This document shows, piece by piece, positions 1 to 14,900 of a DNA stretch of 64,000 nt (the stretch's first letter is position 1; every line of letters begins with the position of its first letter). The stretch covers positions 3,432,513 to 3,496,512 of the forward strand of contig CM082588.2 in the NCBI GenBank assembly GCA_040954595.2, written 5' to 3'. The notes beneath the pieces are model-generated. The model was not told the DNA's origin and ran no database searches. It saw only the letters and a program-made list of their open reading frames with translations. The position numbers were made by a program, and so were the translations under genes. Origin of the DNA: Balanoglossus misakiensis. Taxonomy: Eukaryota; Animalia; Hemichordata.

Positions 1-3000
1 AAAATGTAAAGACGTTTGAGATCTGATCGATACACAAGTCGATCAAAATTTAACGAATTGTATAAATATGTCATAGGTTGGTCAACACGGCTCTTTAAAA
101 TCGTACGATTGGCGCGACGCGAGTGTTTGTTGACTCAAGAATAGGACAACGAGGCTCTCCTGGAGAAAGGAGTCTTCTTCAAAAAGTTGTCAGATTTAAA
201 GAAAAATCACTCAGATAGTTTAGATAGGAATATCGGGATATCACCGTTATGATTTTTTTCGATGGATTCCACTTAGAGGCAAATTCCGACAAATCACATT
301 CGATTTGTTGTTCTGTTCCCCGGCGGTGCTCGCTTGTTCGTGGCAGATCATTCAAACCCCGTTACTCGCCAATCCCGAGACCCAATTAACGGCAGCGTGT
401 AAACCTCGCCCAGATTTCCACTTTCCGTGGGCAAGTCAGCTCAGACACGTTGCCATAACAACGAATAATGACTCACAGATGGCCATGGACGGGAAACTGA
501 CAAAAACCGAAGTCAACAAGGATTATGGGGAGGGGGGGGGGTAGAGTCTGCTATAAAATGTGGTTACTCCACCTAGCCACATATTGCCTTCACCTATCTG
601 TCTACATGCCAGATTTCAAGACTTAATATACAGCTCGGACTTTCGATTTGAAATAAGGGTTATATGACGTGTCATACTATTGACCACAACTCCTAAAAAG
701 ATTCGTCTTTTCAAAGTGCGCATGCGTGTTGCGTTTACCAATTTTACTATTATTACACTACTTTGGTACATGTAATTACAAACTCCTTCCGGTTTGGCCC
801 CTTAGCGGAGCTGTGTGCTCTAAAACCGGAATCTCAGTATGCTTAAATCACGGTTTGCATTTATCGAGCTCATAATTCGACAAGAAACTGTCGGGTTAAA
901 GGCAATTTCGTTGGTGACCGCCAGAATCCTCGTTTGGTTTCCTTCGATAGTTTGGCGTCGTCACGTGGTGTTTTGCCGATTACGTGCAGGGTTCATGGTA
1001 CTTTGGTGTCTCGCAAATTATGAAATGATATTTTTCGACAACCCCCACCCTGGGTCCTCAAAAATCTGCAAGTGAGCGTTCACACGGTATCGCGGTCCAA
1101 CGGGCGTCATCGTATCCTGTGTACGGGAACGAAGACGTGTGGATCTCAATGAATGTAGAATGATATGAATGTACACGACTAACGTTTATGCAAAACATTC
1201 AAAATCTGTAATAAACAGGGAAACAGACCTTAATAAATGTTGAGGTAATTCAGGGTGTGCCTTTAAAAATGGTTTGATTCCGAGGCAAGTGTGTGATCTC
1301 AACTTAGGAAGAAACGGTGGTGAACATTTAACGGCTAGTAATGCAAGTGGGCAAGTATGTTGCAGCTCAGTGGGACGCCTATATAGACGTATCATTATCT
1401 CAGCAAAGTCTTCAGTCAAAAGGATTCTATTAAAGGGCGATGCTTAGAGACTCATCAATCGGAACGTATGGTCGGAATGTCTGATATTCACCGTGCTCAT
1501 TTCGCGGTGTTCATTCCGGCAGGTAGATTGGGGTGTGTGCTTGTTTGAGGTTCAGCCGAGGCCGAAATTAGCTGCATTCCGTGCGGTATTGTGTCGGGTT
1601 TGTGTCTGATGGGAGTTGGGGGGAGATTCACCTTGCGAGCGCCACGTCTCCACGTGTTATCACGCATTCTGATGCGCGTTCCGCCGCGAACGCAGCAAAT
1701 TTGTTCATCTCATACCAAAAAAAGTCGCGCCCCTGCTTTTCACGGACACGTACCAAGCTGTGTCCAATTTGGGCGCCGCCGGACAAACATCACACGTTCC
1801 TTCGATCCCCGAATGACCGTCGCCCCCGCTCGTCGCAGCCAATCCGCACTGAGAAGTTTACATCTCTCAAAAAATGTCAAAGAGCAAACATTAACATCCC
1901 CCGTCTCGAGCAGAGAGAAGAACGACATGAATCAAGTAACAGCAAGATATTTCTGAAAACTTTAATATTGATCTTCATAAAACCGAACAAGCCGGATTAG
2001 CATCCATACGGAGCCGCCTTGTTACTCAGACACGTAGGAACCTTAATTCTGTCTGTTATCAAATGCGAAAATATTCCTCCTCATTGCGCCATGAATGACA
2101 CAAAAGGACGAAATTTCATTTCATTTCGTAACATCTGCAATATTGCCAACATCTGTGACGTCATTCAATTCATGAACGATACACACAGCGACAGCACACG
2201 CGTTTCCCAATTGGCGATATAAGATTCGAGCTGCTTGCGTCTCTTTATCAGAATAAAGAAACGCGAAGCCAGTCTAGGCAAGAACTTGTATGTGAATCGT
2301 GCACAGGTAGTTCACGCTTACACCATGTAATCAGTTTCACCGAAAAGACCACACTGTAGCTGATCTCATGATCAATCAATGAAGAAACTGTTTTTTCTTC
2401 TTCTGATAACCTGATCACTACAATTGATATCTGTGCAAGCCCCTCTCATAACACAACTCAGCAGTACAAAATACAACTTCTAAAACACAAATCGTTATTT
2501 CGATTGTAGCTGCGGCCTTTTGATAAATTGTGGAAGTACACCATACTAGTGTTCTAGAGAAACCACGATGTTGTTTTCAGATGGCTTGAGTGTCATTTTG
2601 GTCTTGTGGGTGGGTATTGTTACCCAGTGTCAAAACCCACTTTCAACACCACATACACAAACAGTGGACATTCTCTTCTCATGGCACATACACACATACA
2701 CATATAGATGTTATGTTTGCTTGAATCACACAAAGAAAAAAAGTAGAAATTTCACAGAGATAATAACTAGATTATCATACAATTCTGTTGAGATAGACTT
2801 CTTGTATACCCTCGTAAATAAAAACAAACTAACCTGTGTGTTTAGTAATAATGTACGCATCGGTGAGTTTAAAATGAAAAAGTGAGATTACTGAAGAAAG
2901 GCTTGGTCCGTTTTTGGTACAGGATAGAATGAAAGTTAATGAAGAAAATGTATACATTATGTAAAAACATGTTTGAAGCAGAGTAATGTAAATGGCTGAA

Positions 3001-6000
3001 ACGACGAAATAGCTCGCTTGAAATCTTGTTGACAAGCTGCAGATTGCAAATAGCAGTAGCTTTCATATTTACACATGTACGAGTGAAGCACGTCACACAA
3101 GGGCGGTGTTAGAGTTTTAGAATGAGGATGCGCGAAAAACGTCGACGTTTACATTTCAGAAGTGACAAGACAGCTAAGGTTATAAAATTCTGTCGAGATA
3201 AACAAACATGCGAGATAAAACTGAGACCAAGATACGACAATAGTCTTAAAACCAAATTACTGCGTGTGCAAACTGGTACGAAATGTCTAACACTTTCCAA
3301 TTGGGAATGAAGACTGTTCTATTGGTATTTACATGTAAATATAAAGTGACACGTCAAACAAAATAAGAAACTGGCTAATTTCTCTTTTTTTAAAAACAAT
3401 ATACCAAAACAACCTGACAATGGGTGACATCACTGATTGTTTGGTAGTTGTACTATAGTTAACAACATGCACTGTAATTTACGTGGAGGACCGAGTCTGG
3501 GTTACTCGACTTAACACAATATCTAATTGACTCTCCACTCTATCGCTCCTCAATCCATTGAGCTCTGTCGAAGCGAACGACAGTCAAACTATCTCATGGT
3601 TTTAGTCTTTTCGTCAAAATTCTTGTGCAAGCGTGTAAACTTTATGATAGACTGGACAAGATCCATTTATTCCCCCTTTGTGCCTTCACTTAAAAATGAT
3701 GAATAAGTAATCAGTGATTTGTACATTTTTTTCTTTCATTATTTTTGCCCGGTGGCGATGAAATAAATAAAAAACTTTAACGCGATTTTCTTTCCGCTTT
3801 CGTGGCTATCATCGCAAGATCGTTTAATCTGTGATGGTGGTGACCCCGCGTGGTACAAAAATAACCATAAACCATGACAACCGATTACGCTATTGTCAAG
3901 GAACTTGTGCACCTCTCGAGCCGAAGTAAAGAGGAAAGCGCAGCTAATAACGCAGGCTTAGTGGTTATTCCTGTCTCAAGTCTCGCCGAGTCACGTATTT
4001 GAGATGACGATTCAATCGAATAATATCAGGATGATTCTAAACCCTGTACCTCCCGTTCACCGTAGGAGATTTAGAGAGAAATTGATTTGATTTTAAAGTG
4101 CTGATAACAATTTAAGGAGGCGGGTATTTTTGCCGCACTTTCTGATAAATCAAGCGCTATTTTCTTGCATTCGCCAAGCAGGGAAGAGAATCACATGGAT
4201 ATTGGCGCGATGGAGTGAAAAATACTCATTTGATCGTCCGCCATTTGTTTGGAGGTTTATTGAATTGCCGATGTCTGTTGAGAACTCATTTCACAGGTAA
4301 AGGGGTTGGCATGTCAATCTGAATCAACACATACTCCACATAGGCAGAAGGAAACCTGCGTCCATTAAACGTGAAAGAAAAGTTAACCTTTTCCTACAAC
4401 TTATTTCCCGCACGAATGACATGCAAAACAAATTCCCCAGACACAAAGATTTCTAATTACTCTTCCCATATTTTGATTTAAAAATATATTTTAAAGAATG
4501 GTACGATATTTTCTAGTCCAAAATAAACGTGATATTCATTGAAGACTTGGTAAAACGTAAATATGTCTCGACCATAATTGGCGCCAAATGCACTATGATG
4601 CTGAATGAAATCTCTGCTTGCTTGTCAGTTCTTTGAAAGTTTCTATTTTAATGGTTGTTTTCGTATTTATCTCATTGAATGACTGCCATAATCCGAAATC
4701 CTAGAAGAAAACACCTTTCTTGTCTCCTCGCACCATGCGACACTTATTGTACCGCCAAATCGCCTTATGTCGTTCAGTTTGAAATGGGTGTTAATTTTCT
4801 GATGCGACATTCCATATTTTTCAATATAGGCAGCTAAGTATTGTTACAGACGATTGGAGTCTTCACCGGTCGGGGCCAAGAAGCATTGCATGTTGTAATT
4901 CTGATCACGAGTGTCCCACAAAATTTTACCACCACTCCTGTTTGTTAAGTTCTTTTCATTTGCTTGTCTGTCTTCGTGAGAGTACCCATATTCGTTCATG
5001 CCGTTTTAATCACAGAAATGACACAATGTCGAGTTCCACATGAACGTACAAGCAAGTTGGCTTTAGTCAAATTTTGGGGAGCACGTTGATGCTGATCGGT
5101 CGGTCGACATGGGGTCAGTAATGGGCACAGCATTTGTAGCATTGAAGTCAGATGAGTTTTAATCATTTGTAGGCATTATTTCAAAGTGAGGACATCTGAT
5201 AATCTTTTAACAGAACGACCGAGATGTTTACGAGTATAAAAAAGTGATTGAGTACGAGGATACATTATGAAGGTGGCCGCTGGGATTGGTTCCGGCCTTT
5301 CTTGTCCGTAAACAAAGTTCAATCCCTGTGTCAAGCCACAATGGGGGCGGACGTGAATTACAGGGATAATGAGTCAAAAAGATTCTCCTTCAATAATGTT
5401 TGCAAGAGGAATCTATCCCAATCGCAAACTTGATGCCACAGATTTGTTTTAAGGTTTGAGTCAAAAGTGGATCTGAAGAGGGGGATAAGGCAGGAACACG
5501 ACAACCACCCCTCTTTTGAAATAGCTCGGGCAATGTGACAGGGAGTTGTCGATACATAGCCTCTGGACATACTGGGTTTCGTGTTACCATTCGTCAACAG
5601 TGGAACAACTACTTGAAAAATGTTCCAGAGTTGTCCCTATTCAGGCGAAATGGCGCGAATCTCTTCAAAAGAGGCGAACTGGACATATGTAGGTTTAGTC
5701 AGAGAAACTTTGCTGTCAGACCCAGATAGGGAACCCTATACGTGACCGTGGAGATAATTTTAAACACAAATATTCAGATTTTTTTCACGAACGCCATTGA
5801 ATTAAAAAAAGACACAACACAGACCCAAGGCTTGAGTAACACACATTCTAAGCTATTAGAAGGTTGAAACACACCGGCAAATGAAGTCTTTCAAAACTGC
5901 GATAGCCGATTGTATTGTTTGGGTAACTTTTACTTTTATAAGCGAAACAACTTTCGCTTGTAATCGTCGAAAACTTTTGTACTGCATTAAATGATTAAAA

Positions 6001-9000
6001 ACTGCAAATTAATGAGACGTTAAGAAGTAATATTTTTGGTTAAATTATGAAGTGAATTGACTGAAATCGTCTATTTTCGAGGCCAGATTTCTGTTTGGTT
6101 TTTTCGAATGCTACGCTGGGGCCCATTGCAAATTCCACAAACCCTAAGCCAGGCTTTTCAATAGCCAGCGTACTCTTTTTGTTCGAATTCGCCTCCATTG
6201 TGACAAAGGCATTGTCTTTGTGCCAAAATCGCGGCGAAAATCACCCGAAATTACGCTTCCAAACGCAAAATCTTTGCTAATGGTAGACTTGACCGACCCC
6301 AGTTGTGCGTGTGTTGGCGGAAAGAAGACCCGGGGTGATTCGACCTGGCCGCCCCATCAGACAGACGACGGACTCGGTCTGATTAGCTACCGAGGTATTG
6401 TTATTAGAATTTTATTGGGTGCAACCCAGTAAATGATAGAGAGACTTATCGGCACGCATTTTTACGAGTCAATAATGAGTTTGTCTAACAGATATTAATA
6501 AAAATGGCTGACAGAACGGCTCAAAGGGAAACCAACATATCATGCAGTAAAACTGTCACCGGGTTTGCAGTGTGTTTTAGAGCTCCAGTCTGGGTTGTTC
6601 GCGGCGCAACCCCGGGGTCTTTGGCCCCAGCCTCGGCAAACAATACCGCCAAGTCCCGACCTCCCGTCAGAAAACGGACTACAGTTTTATACTGTTTGAT
6701 GTTTTCACCGGGCCGAGCCTCACAAGACTGCCACCGACAGAAATTGTATGCACCTCCCTGCGTGTTATGAATTCCACCCAGGTTGGTTGAAGTCGGTTTT
6801 TGCCACGTTCGCAAGCAGTCAGTCTGGCGTCAGCGGTGGCCTCTTTTCGAGAGGCAGTTCATGTGTTTATTATTTCAGGAAATCAGCCCCATGCTTGGGC
6901 TCTGTCTTCCACTGCTGCATAAATTTCCGTCAGCAATTATCACAGCATAGGCAGAGAGTGACCTCGGAGACAAATCGTGATGGACAGGAGCAAACATTGA
7001 ATTTTAGCGTTTAATTCTCATCTTCATGCATTTTAAGTGTGCCTATATGAAATGTGTTTAACCCGGAGTCTTGAACTCCTTCATGCATATACAGAACTCT
7101 CGCGGATAGATGCGAGATACGTCAAGAATCAAAACCAAAATCGCGTTTTGAGACACTTTTCACTCATTCCACCACTGAAACAAAAGTGGGAATGTTTGAA
7201 CGGCTTAAAGAGGAAGTCAATTTGCAAAGATGCCCAAGTGAAAAACACGGCAACTAATGAATGGGGGAATACCTATTAACACCCGCCATGATGTCTACCA
7301 TTCAACCTTGACGTCATTTCCTGCAGAGATTGTGTTCCTAGGGTCGAAATTTCTCTGAAATTTCACCAGATTTTGGACCGAATCTTTAAAAAACATCTTG
7401 TCAGTTGAAATATCGATCGAATCCCGTCAATTTTGTTATGAACGGCAACTTTTGATAAAAAAAATCAAAGTCGATTTCGGAAAATGACTCGTGTGGAGCG
7501 ACAGTCTAGAATTCTAACAATGGTGGCGAGTCGAGTTAACATTCTACAAGCACACACTTATTAACACGGTCAAGCAATTAGGGTTTGCCTTGATTAAATA
7601 TTGTTTCTAGGGTGGAAATACTAACATGCCTAAATGGAAAATAAAATGGGAAAATATCACACCTTTGAAGGGGAAATTTCATTCCAGTCACACGAGTAAA
7701 CAGAAGCATGGAGCTCTGAAGGACAACACAACAAAATGACAGCCTTGGCACCATTTTTAACACCGTGATGTTAAAAACGGTAGAAGGATTTGCAGCTAGG
7801 GCCTAAATATTAAAAGAAAGATTGCCACATACAATTTCTGTTGGGAGGACAATTAAATCAATTATCCCAGACGCGTGACCCATTTTTCAGCGTTTATTCC
7901 AGAAGTTGTCGTCCGCGTGGAAAATGTGGTGTGTGTGTCCTTGCCTTCGTTACTGTCTCTCTCCTCCAATTAAAATCGCCATCATTAGCGTGATCATCTT
8001 TCAGTCGGTGTGTGTGCTTGTGTTTAAACATGGGAGTAAAATGTCCAGGGGTTTTGCGAAGACCCCCGAAAATTCATTTGTTGCACATTATGAGGCAGCA
8101 ATCTGATCTCGCTTTGATTTTCAATTATAAGACACTTGTGATAGATCCGTGTCAGGCTAGAGCGCCTCTGAAAAGGTCTGGAGCGACCAGGCGTAAAATA
8201 CTACAAGCTCGAGTTGTGGAGATTATGATGAAATGTTTTGGCTTTTTCTGTAACACTTCCATTGCGATTGAATTTGCATTATTTCTGAGAAAAGGGGGTC
8301 ACCGATTGATCGCGAGAGGCGATAGTGATGTCATCGTGACGGGGATATGGTTTTCTTGCTTTCTAAAATTAGATGTGTGTTTTGCATTTGAGGTTTGTTC
8401 TGTGGAATGGTCGACCGAGTGATCTCTGTGAGGTAAATAAAATGATAGTTACATTGATTACCCCAGAGACGTTTTACAGATCGTCAATGCCAGCACATGT
8501 TAGCTGATGTTTAATTTTGTCCAGGTGATTCAGCGCCAGAGACTTGGCAGACTGACGTGTCGGCCTCGTCGATTCGATGGCGTTTATTATTTTTTTCTTG
8601 GGCGGGCGATCAGAGTGCCGCGGCGTCTTTCCATCACTCGAATGCTGGCAATGACGAGCGATTTTCCAAGTGGCTGCACGTCTTGTATACCGAGTGTTGG
8701 ACGATGAGATGCAGGCGGTCGCGATCTGTTTGTTTACGACCACAGACACGACTCGGCGGAGAAAACGACTCGCCGCTACGCATTTTTGTTCAGGCACAGC
8801 ACGTATTATTATATTAAAATCATGGCGTAGCTATAGACCGATAATATGAACAAACGCTGGTTGTATTGGATGCAACATTTCCTTCGCACTTATACCAACG
8901 AGAATATGTGTCGCACAAATTGTCGGCCATTTTGGAACTGAAGAACAAGCTCCCTTATTTTGTGATATTCTGTTTCAAAATCGACCACATTGACATCCGG

Positions 9001-11662
9001 TGATAGGTTCCTGATGCGACAGTGGTGGAACTGTTGTTAGCATCTTTCTGTCGCCCACCTTCTTGTGCGTGTGCGATATCGTACAAAATGAAACTTGTGG
9101 CGGGATAATTTGCAAATATGGCCACTTGATAAAGGAGATCATATACAGCCATCATGAAAAATACATGCCGAATTACCGACAAACATTATATCCTAATTCT
9201 AATTTCGACGACCACATCACGTCTGGCTTGTCAAAAAGCCCAGTGATAGCATACAGGGTGAAGTTGAATTTTACGTCTAAATTCGGGCGAGTGTTCTGTC
9301 ACTTCGCGGGGAAGAACTGCGCTCTGAAGGCGCTCGGAGACCACTCCAAATTGTGGAGAAAGGTCCGATTGGGGTGCCGACAACGGTAGCGTTGTTCTTA
9401 TTCGTACACTTCAAAGACGAGTAAACATCGTTGTATACCTATAACATGTGTGTATAGTGAACCGGGACAACGTTTTGTGCAAACTGTCTCAGCGTTTCTG
9501 AACAAGTGTCAACGATAGAACGCGGCGCGGTTTGTCTTGTAAACACCGAAGTCGCGAAAGAAAATCACGCACAAATTTGATCAGCACTAGATGCAGTCAT
9601 CCTCTTAAAGAGACGAGTCTGCTATCATCGACCTTTAAAGACAGTTCACCGAGGGACTTGTCAGTCTGAAACAGTCGAGTGTGAGACCGACAAAAAAAGC
9701 GCGTGTTTTCTCTTATATTCTGGGTTTTCAAGAAACTTGGTTTGAAGTTGACAGGGGAGTTAGTTAGCTGTCATCGAATAGCGTCTATAGCACGAGTGAA
9801 GGAAAACGATCAATAATGGAGTCAAGTGGTTTAGTACAAATCGACATACAGCATCTTTCAAATTTCCTTCGACTGGGGAAGGGGGGCTAACAGACATATC
9901 ATCTCTTCCAGTTTCCCCGCCGAAAATGTCCTAAAATTATTTAGAAATTGATGAAGTTTTCAAATGATTAAAGCTTCGAAAGCGAATACTCCATGATGTT
10001 GTGTTCTGCATTGGAATGCCAATAAAAACACTGCACAGCCATGAAAAATATAATTTTACAGAAATACACATTTTGTTTTAATCCCTAAAATCTCTGAAAA
10101 CGTAAAAAATAATTTACGACACCGAAAATGTGAAATGACTTGATAAAATGTGTGATACTTAATGAAGCGTAAAATCAATGAATAAAGTGCCTTGGTGTAT
10201 GCAACGGGGCTGGCAGCACAAGTCAATGTGAACACCGTTTCAACAATAAACATATTAGCTGTTCTTCAAGAAAAAAACATATTCATAATTTCATTAGCGA
10301 AAATCATTGCTTTTCATCCAACTGATCGAAATTAAAACCTTTGAGAACGTTTTCATCTTCCCTGTCTGTTACATATATTTTTTTTGAAAGTCGTCTTTTA
10401 TGCGAAAGTTTGAATAGTGACCAGGGGAAAATCCAAAGCGAGTCAGATAATGGGGCCAGCGTTTTAAAAAGACACCCGTCTTTAAGTACAACTTAATTGC
10501 TGAACTTCAGGCTCGTTATAATGATACACGTTTCTCCTCGCTTGCTGAATTATTTTCTCTGAAAATCATAATTCATATAATGGGGCGCGCAGAGCTTTGT
10601 GCGGTATAATGCATTGGGACATTCAGGATAAGAAATGAAGCTAATTTCACAGACAAACGCAGGAATATATGTAGCAATTAACTCGGCTTCTAAATTGGGC
10701 TCCGACTTCAAAGGGAGAAAAAAACGAAGTGCTGCGGGGATGATGGCAAACCGACCATTGTTTGTGATTTCTAAAGAACCTAGCCCTGAGAGTGCGAGCA
10801 CAGGAAAGGGAAAATAAAACGAAAAATACAGGACCGGAGAACAGGGTTTATAGTTTTGATTATGAATCGCGGATAGCGGAGTCGGTGATCGCGGAAAAGG
10901 GAGGGTTCCCCGGAATAATCCGAGCCCTTTTTGTTCAAAAAAATACGAAAACTGTTCATTGTTTCCGGTGGGTGATGACGGTGACACGTTTCGAGTCAGG
11001 GAGAGAGAGCAGGGTAGACTAGAGGTTCGCTCCACACTGGCGAAATTCGAGAAGGTGGTGGAGCATCGATATAAAACAGTGGAATAAGTACCCCCACTTT
11101 ATCCAAGTATACAGTTCAACTACCACCAGACACTTTCGGTCCTGGGTGTCTTTGTGATCTGTTGAGCTAGAAAATGGCCAAATTTGAACTTGAAAGCCTC
11201 GCGTTGGGGTCAACTATCACTCGGAGAAGACGCACAGTAGGGCTGTCAGCGTGGCCGCGCTCATTTCACGGCCATTTTAGCTGTAACACTTGCCAATTGT
11301 GTTAGGTGTGAAACTGGGTTGGCGCATTCAATACTCACAGATCAATCCAAGTGAGATTACACACATTTTGACTACAATGAAGGCGCTGTAAAGATCAGGG
11401 GACCCGATAAGCCACCGCTGGACCCCGGCTAAGGACAGTCCAGTTAAACCGAAGCGATGGTTATCTGTCTGTAAACACTAACAAACACTTATGGTAGGGG
11501 AGATGAGTCGTCGCGTGAAACACGCTCGCCAGACGTCTCACCCCAATATTGGTATGTTGAAAACACTGGGCTTGCGAAACCCCACACATACCCAACCCTA
11601 AACGGTCCTAAAACATCAAGTTCTAGAATTAAAAAAAGGTACTATACCTCTCGTTATTTTCA

Positions 11663-11971
<309 letters not shown>

Positions 11972-14900
11972 TTATCACGACTGGAGACGTATCGAGATAA
12001 TACAATTAAACCGATACCCTGTGTTTACCTTCAGTGCTGTCAGAATATCTGTGTACTAGGAGATCCACTGGTCAGTTCCTGCTTACGCAGACATGTCATT
12101 CCGTAAGTCCTGCCTGAGTAGACTAACCCACACTTCGAGAAACATAAGCGATATTTTTCTCTCGCAAACTTACGGGGGGACTCGTCCGCCCATCGCCGCT
12201 AGCTCCCTGTCCCCCACGCACGCTCCGCCGCACAAAGGTTTCTACAAATTCGCCCCGATGTATAACAATGGCCGAGGCTATACGCGGCGATCATTGGAAA
12301 ACAAAAGCTCAGGCAAGCACTTCAACACAGTGCTAGCAGATTAGGACAACATGAATGGAAAGGCTGCTTACTCAGACTGGCTTTGTTGGCGGAAATTCTG
12401 GACGGCTGTTAACACGTCTGAAGCCTACACGAGTCTATAGCCACTACCTAACATGGAAGTCAGTTCTACAGGTTCTTAACTATGTACGGTTACCGCTAAT
12501 GTATTTATAGTATGCACATAATACTAGCCTCAGTAATAACATGACGGCATGACACCGTGCTCACCCAGTGGAACATGCGGACGGGTTATTAGCATTTCCA
12601 AACAGCGAAGACCCCTTCTCGATCTCCACACCACAGTCATGTTATAGTCCGTGTGGTGGATTTTCCAAACTTTTCCCCGTCTGGCGACATTTTCGTTTGT
12701 GGGCGAACGGCAAGCAGGGGGAAAATAACCGCGGCGGCGTTCGTTTCTAAGCGGCGAGTTTTCCAACGCGATTGTTGGGCTAGGACAGCGCGGGGTGATG
12801 CTGGCGAGTGAAGTCCAATAGCGGCTAATTGTCAGAGGCGGACTCGGTACCAAGGGATGAGCATCTGCGTGCGTACAGGGCTACTAGTGCTAAGCCGCGA
12901 ACTAGCGAGACCGACGCGGCTACATTATACCTCCGGACCCGACTGCTCGCATATGCGGAGTCACAAAACTGAGAGAGGCGTTTTAAGTGGTGCAGTAAAA
13001 AAAAGTTACGTGTCTTATACCTGGTGCAGTTCAATGGATCATTTGCTTGCTCACAATCTTCACCCAGTCTGGTGAACAAAAAACAAACAGCGGAGGGCTG
13101 ACTGACACGTTCGGCAGATAATTTGCTGCTGGGGAGAGCTTCGAAACAGCACGAAGCGGCGAAATCGGGGCAAACCACATCTATGTGTATGATACACATG
13201 TGTATCCACTCACCCACTGTCCAAGTGATAAAGTTTGGGCATGGCCCGCGCAGAGTGAAAATGAACCCCACTGAAGAATAGGAATTCTCAGCGGTCTTGG
13301 CCAATCGTCAACCCAGACACCAATGCCATCCAATTACTCATTTGCTATCACCGGGTTTCAATTTCTCTGGGGGGAAAAAAATCCACAGCAAAGTTCCACT
13401 CTCTTATGATATTATCATTACAGGTAATATTTTGAGGGGAGACAGGCGGTGATATTTTTTCCCCCTTAATTACACGTATACGAACTCTCTGCTAGTCTCC
13501 CCCCTCAGGTTGTTGTTGCAAATCAGTCAATCAAACTCGTCAGTGACACCATTGCGTTGGCTCTCCGCCTCGCCATTGGCTGCCGGAGTGACAAACTCAC
13601 AGGCATTCTGCGCCTCCCCCGGCCATTGTGCTGGGGCACAAAAGCGGCCACGGTTGGTCGATTGAGCAGAAACAACCGCCGCTGGAGAAATATCAATGAA
13701 AATTGACAAAAACCAACAAATAATGGGCGGCAACGTCGTTACGATATGTGGATAGCGTTTAATTTGGCCAATCATGGCATTGTCGGGCACTGGCAGCGAG
13801 GCAGTGAACCGAGTAACAGAAAGAAAAGCCTCGACTCTACCGTTTATCCCCAGGTAGATACTAGTCTTCAAGTTCTTGAGATGGGTTTTGCGGAGAGGTG
13901 TTGAAATCTTCCAATTTGAGATTGTGGGACAAGGGTGCCTTGGTCAAATGTTTCCAGCATTGAAATTCAAACAACAGTCTTGATCTTAACAGATTCAATT
14001 TTTTTTCACAACAATCAGGTTTATTCGGAACGCACCCATCAAAGCCCCCATAATAAGAAAAACCGTATAATTTAAGGAGGCAAAATTGGCGAGGGTGGTG
14101 AAGATACCCATCTCCACGGTAAAATAATTTCCGGAAAGCAAAATTTTATAAAAATAAATACCGTCGAAATTATCATCCCTAAAGTTCTAGTAGGAAAACC
14201 AAGACGTCGATCATTGACTGGGGAGGGGAGGGTTGGGGGGGGGAATTAAGCATGAAGCAAGCTAGGCGCTTCCCAACAGTATGACGTATGCACTTCCTAC
14301 ACAGGACATACTTGCCTGTGTTAACACACAATATCTCATTACTTTTCCCGGTGCTTTACAGTCGCGTGTTGATCAAGCAAACCGGCGAGGTCACTGCCAA
14401 AGGTCATAGGTTACTTCTCTTTTCTTTCTGTGCGGAGTCCTTGGCGCATGTTAATTGTCGTGCCGCTTTTTTGTGCATTTTCAATAGTCACTTCTCAATA
14501 CAGCCCGGTACCGGGAGTATTCACCGAGCAATATAGTAATCATGCCCTGGAGGGGAGACTCTCTCGTGTCAAGGGGCAACGTTTAAAGAAAAGGTTTGGT
14601 TAGCCAGGTTTTGTGCTACGCCAGAATATCTTTAATAGTTAGCTTTTAATTCAATTAATCCGAGTCTTTGACAGCGAGTCATGCTCACAAATAAAAGTCG
14701 AAGTCCCCAGACCAGTTGAAGTATTGAAACCTCGCCTCAAATCTCGCGCGAACAGACTGGGGTTTTTAGAGCGAAACGGTCGGTCCCTGGATTTCAATGA
14801 GGCCTGGTCGTGTGGTGACAGTTCATTGGGCAGCAAATGTTCCCTCGTGACCGGGTTGATGGCTGCTGTACAGGTCTCTGTCATACGGGAGGGGGCAACG

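Noticed and set aside
305-11213. Many 60-160 aa ORFs in the sim intron (e.g. 1581-2000, 8012-8422, 10550-11035)
   Set aside because: No recognisable domains, many start at non-ATG codons, and no phase-consistent splice sites; expected by chance
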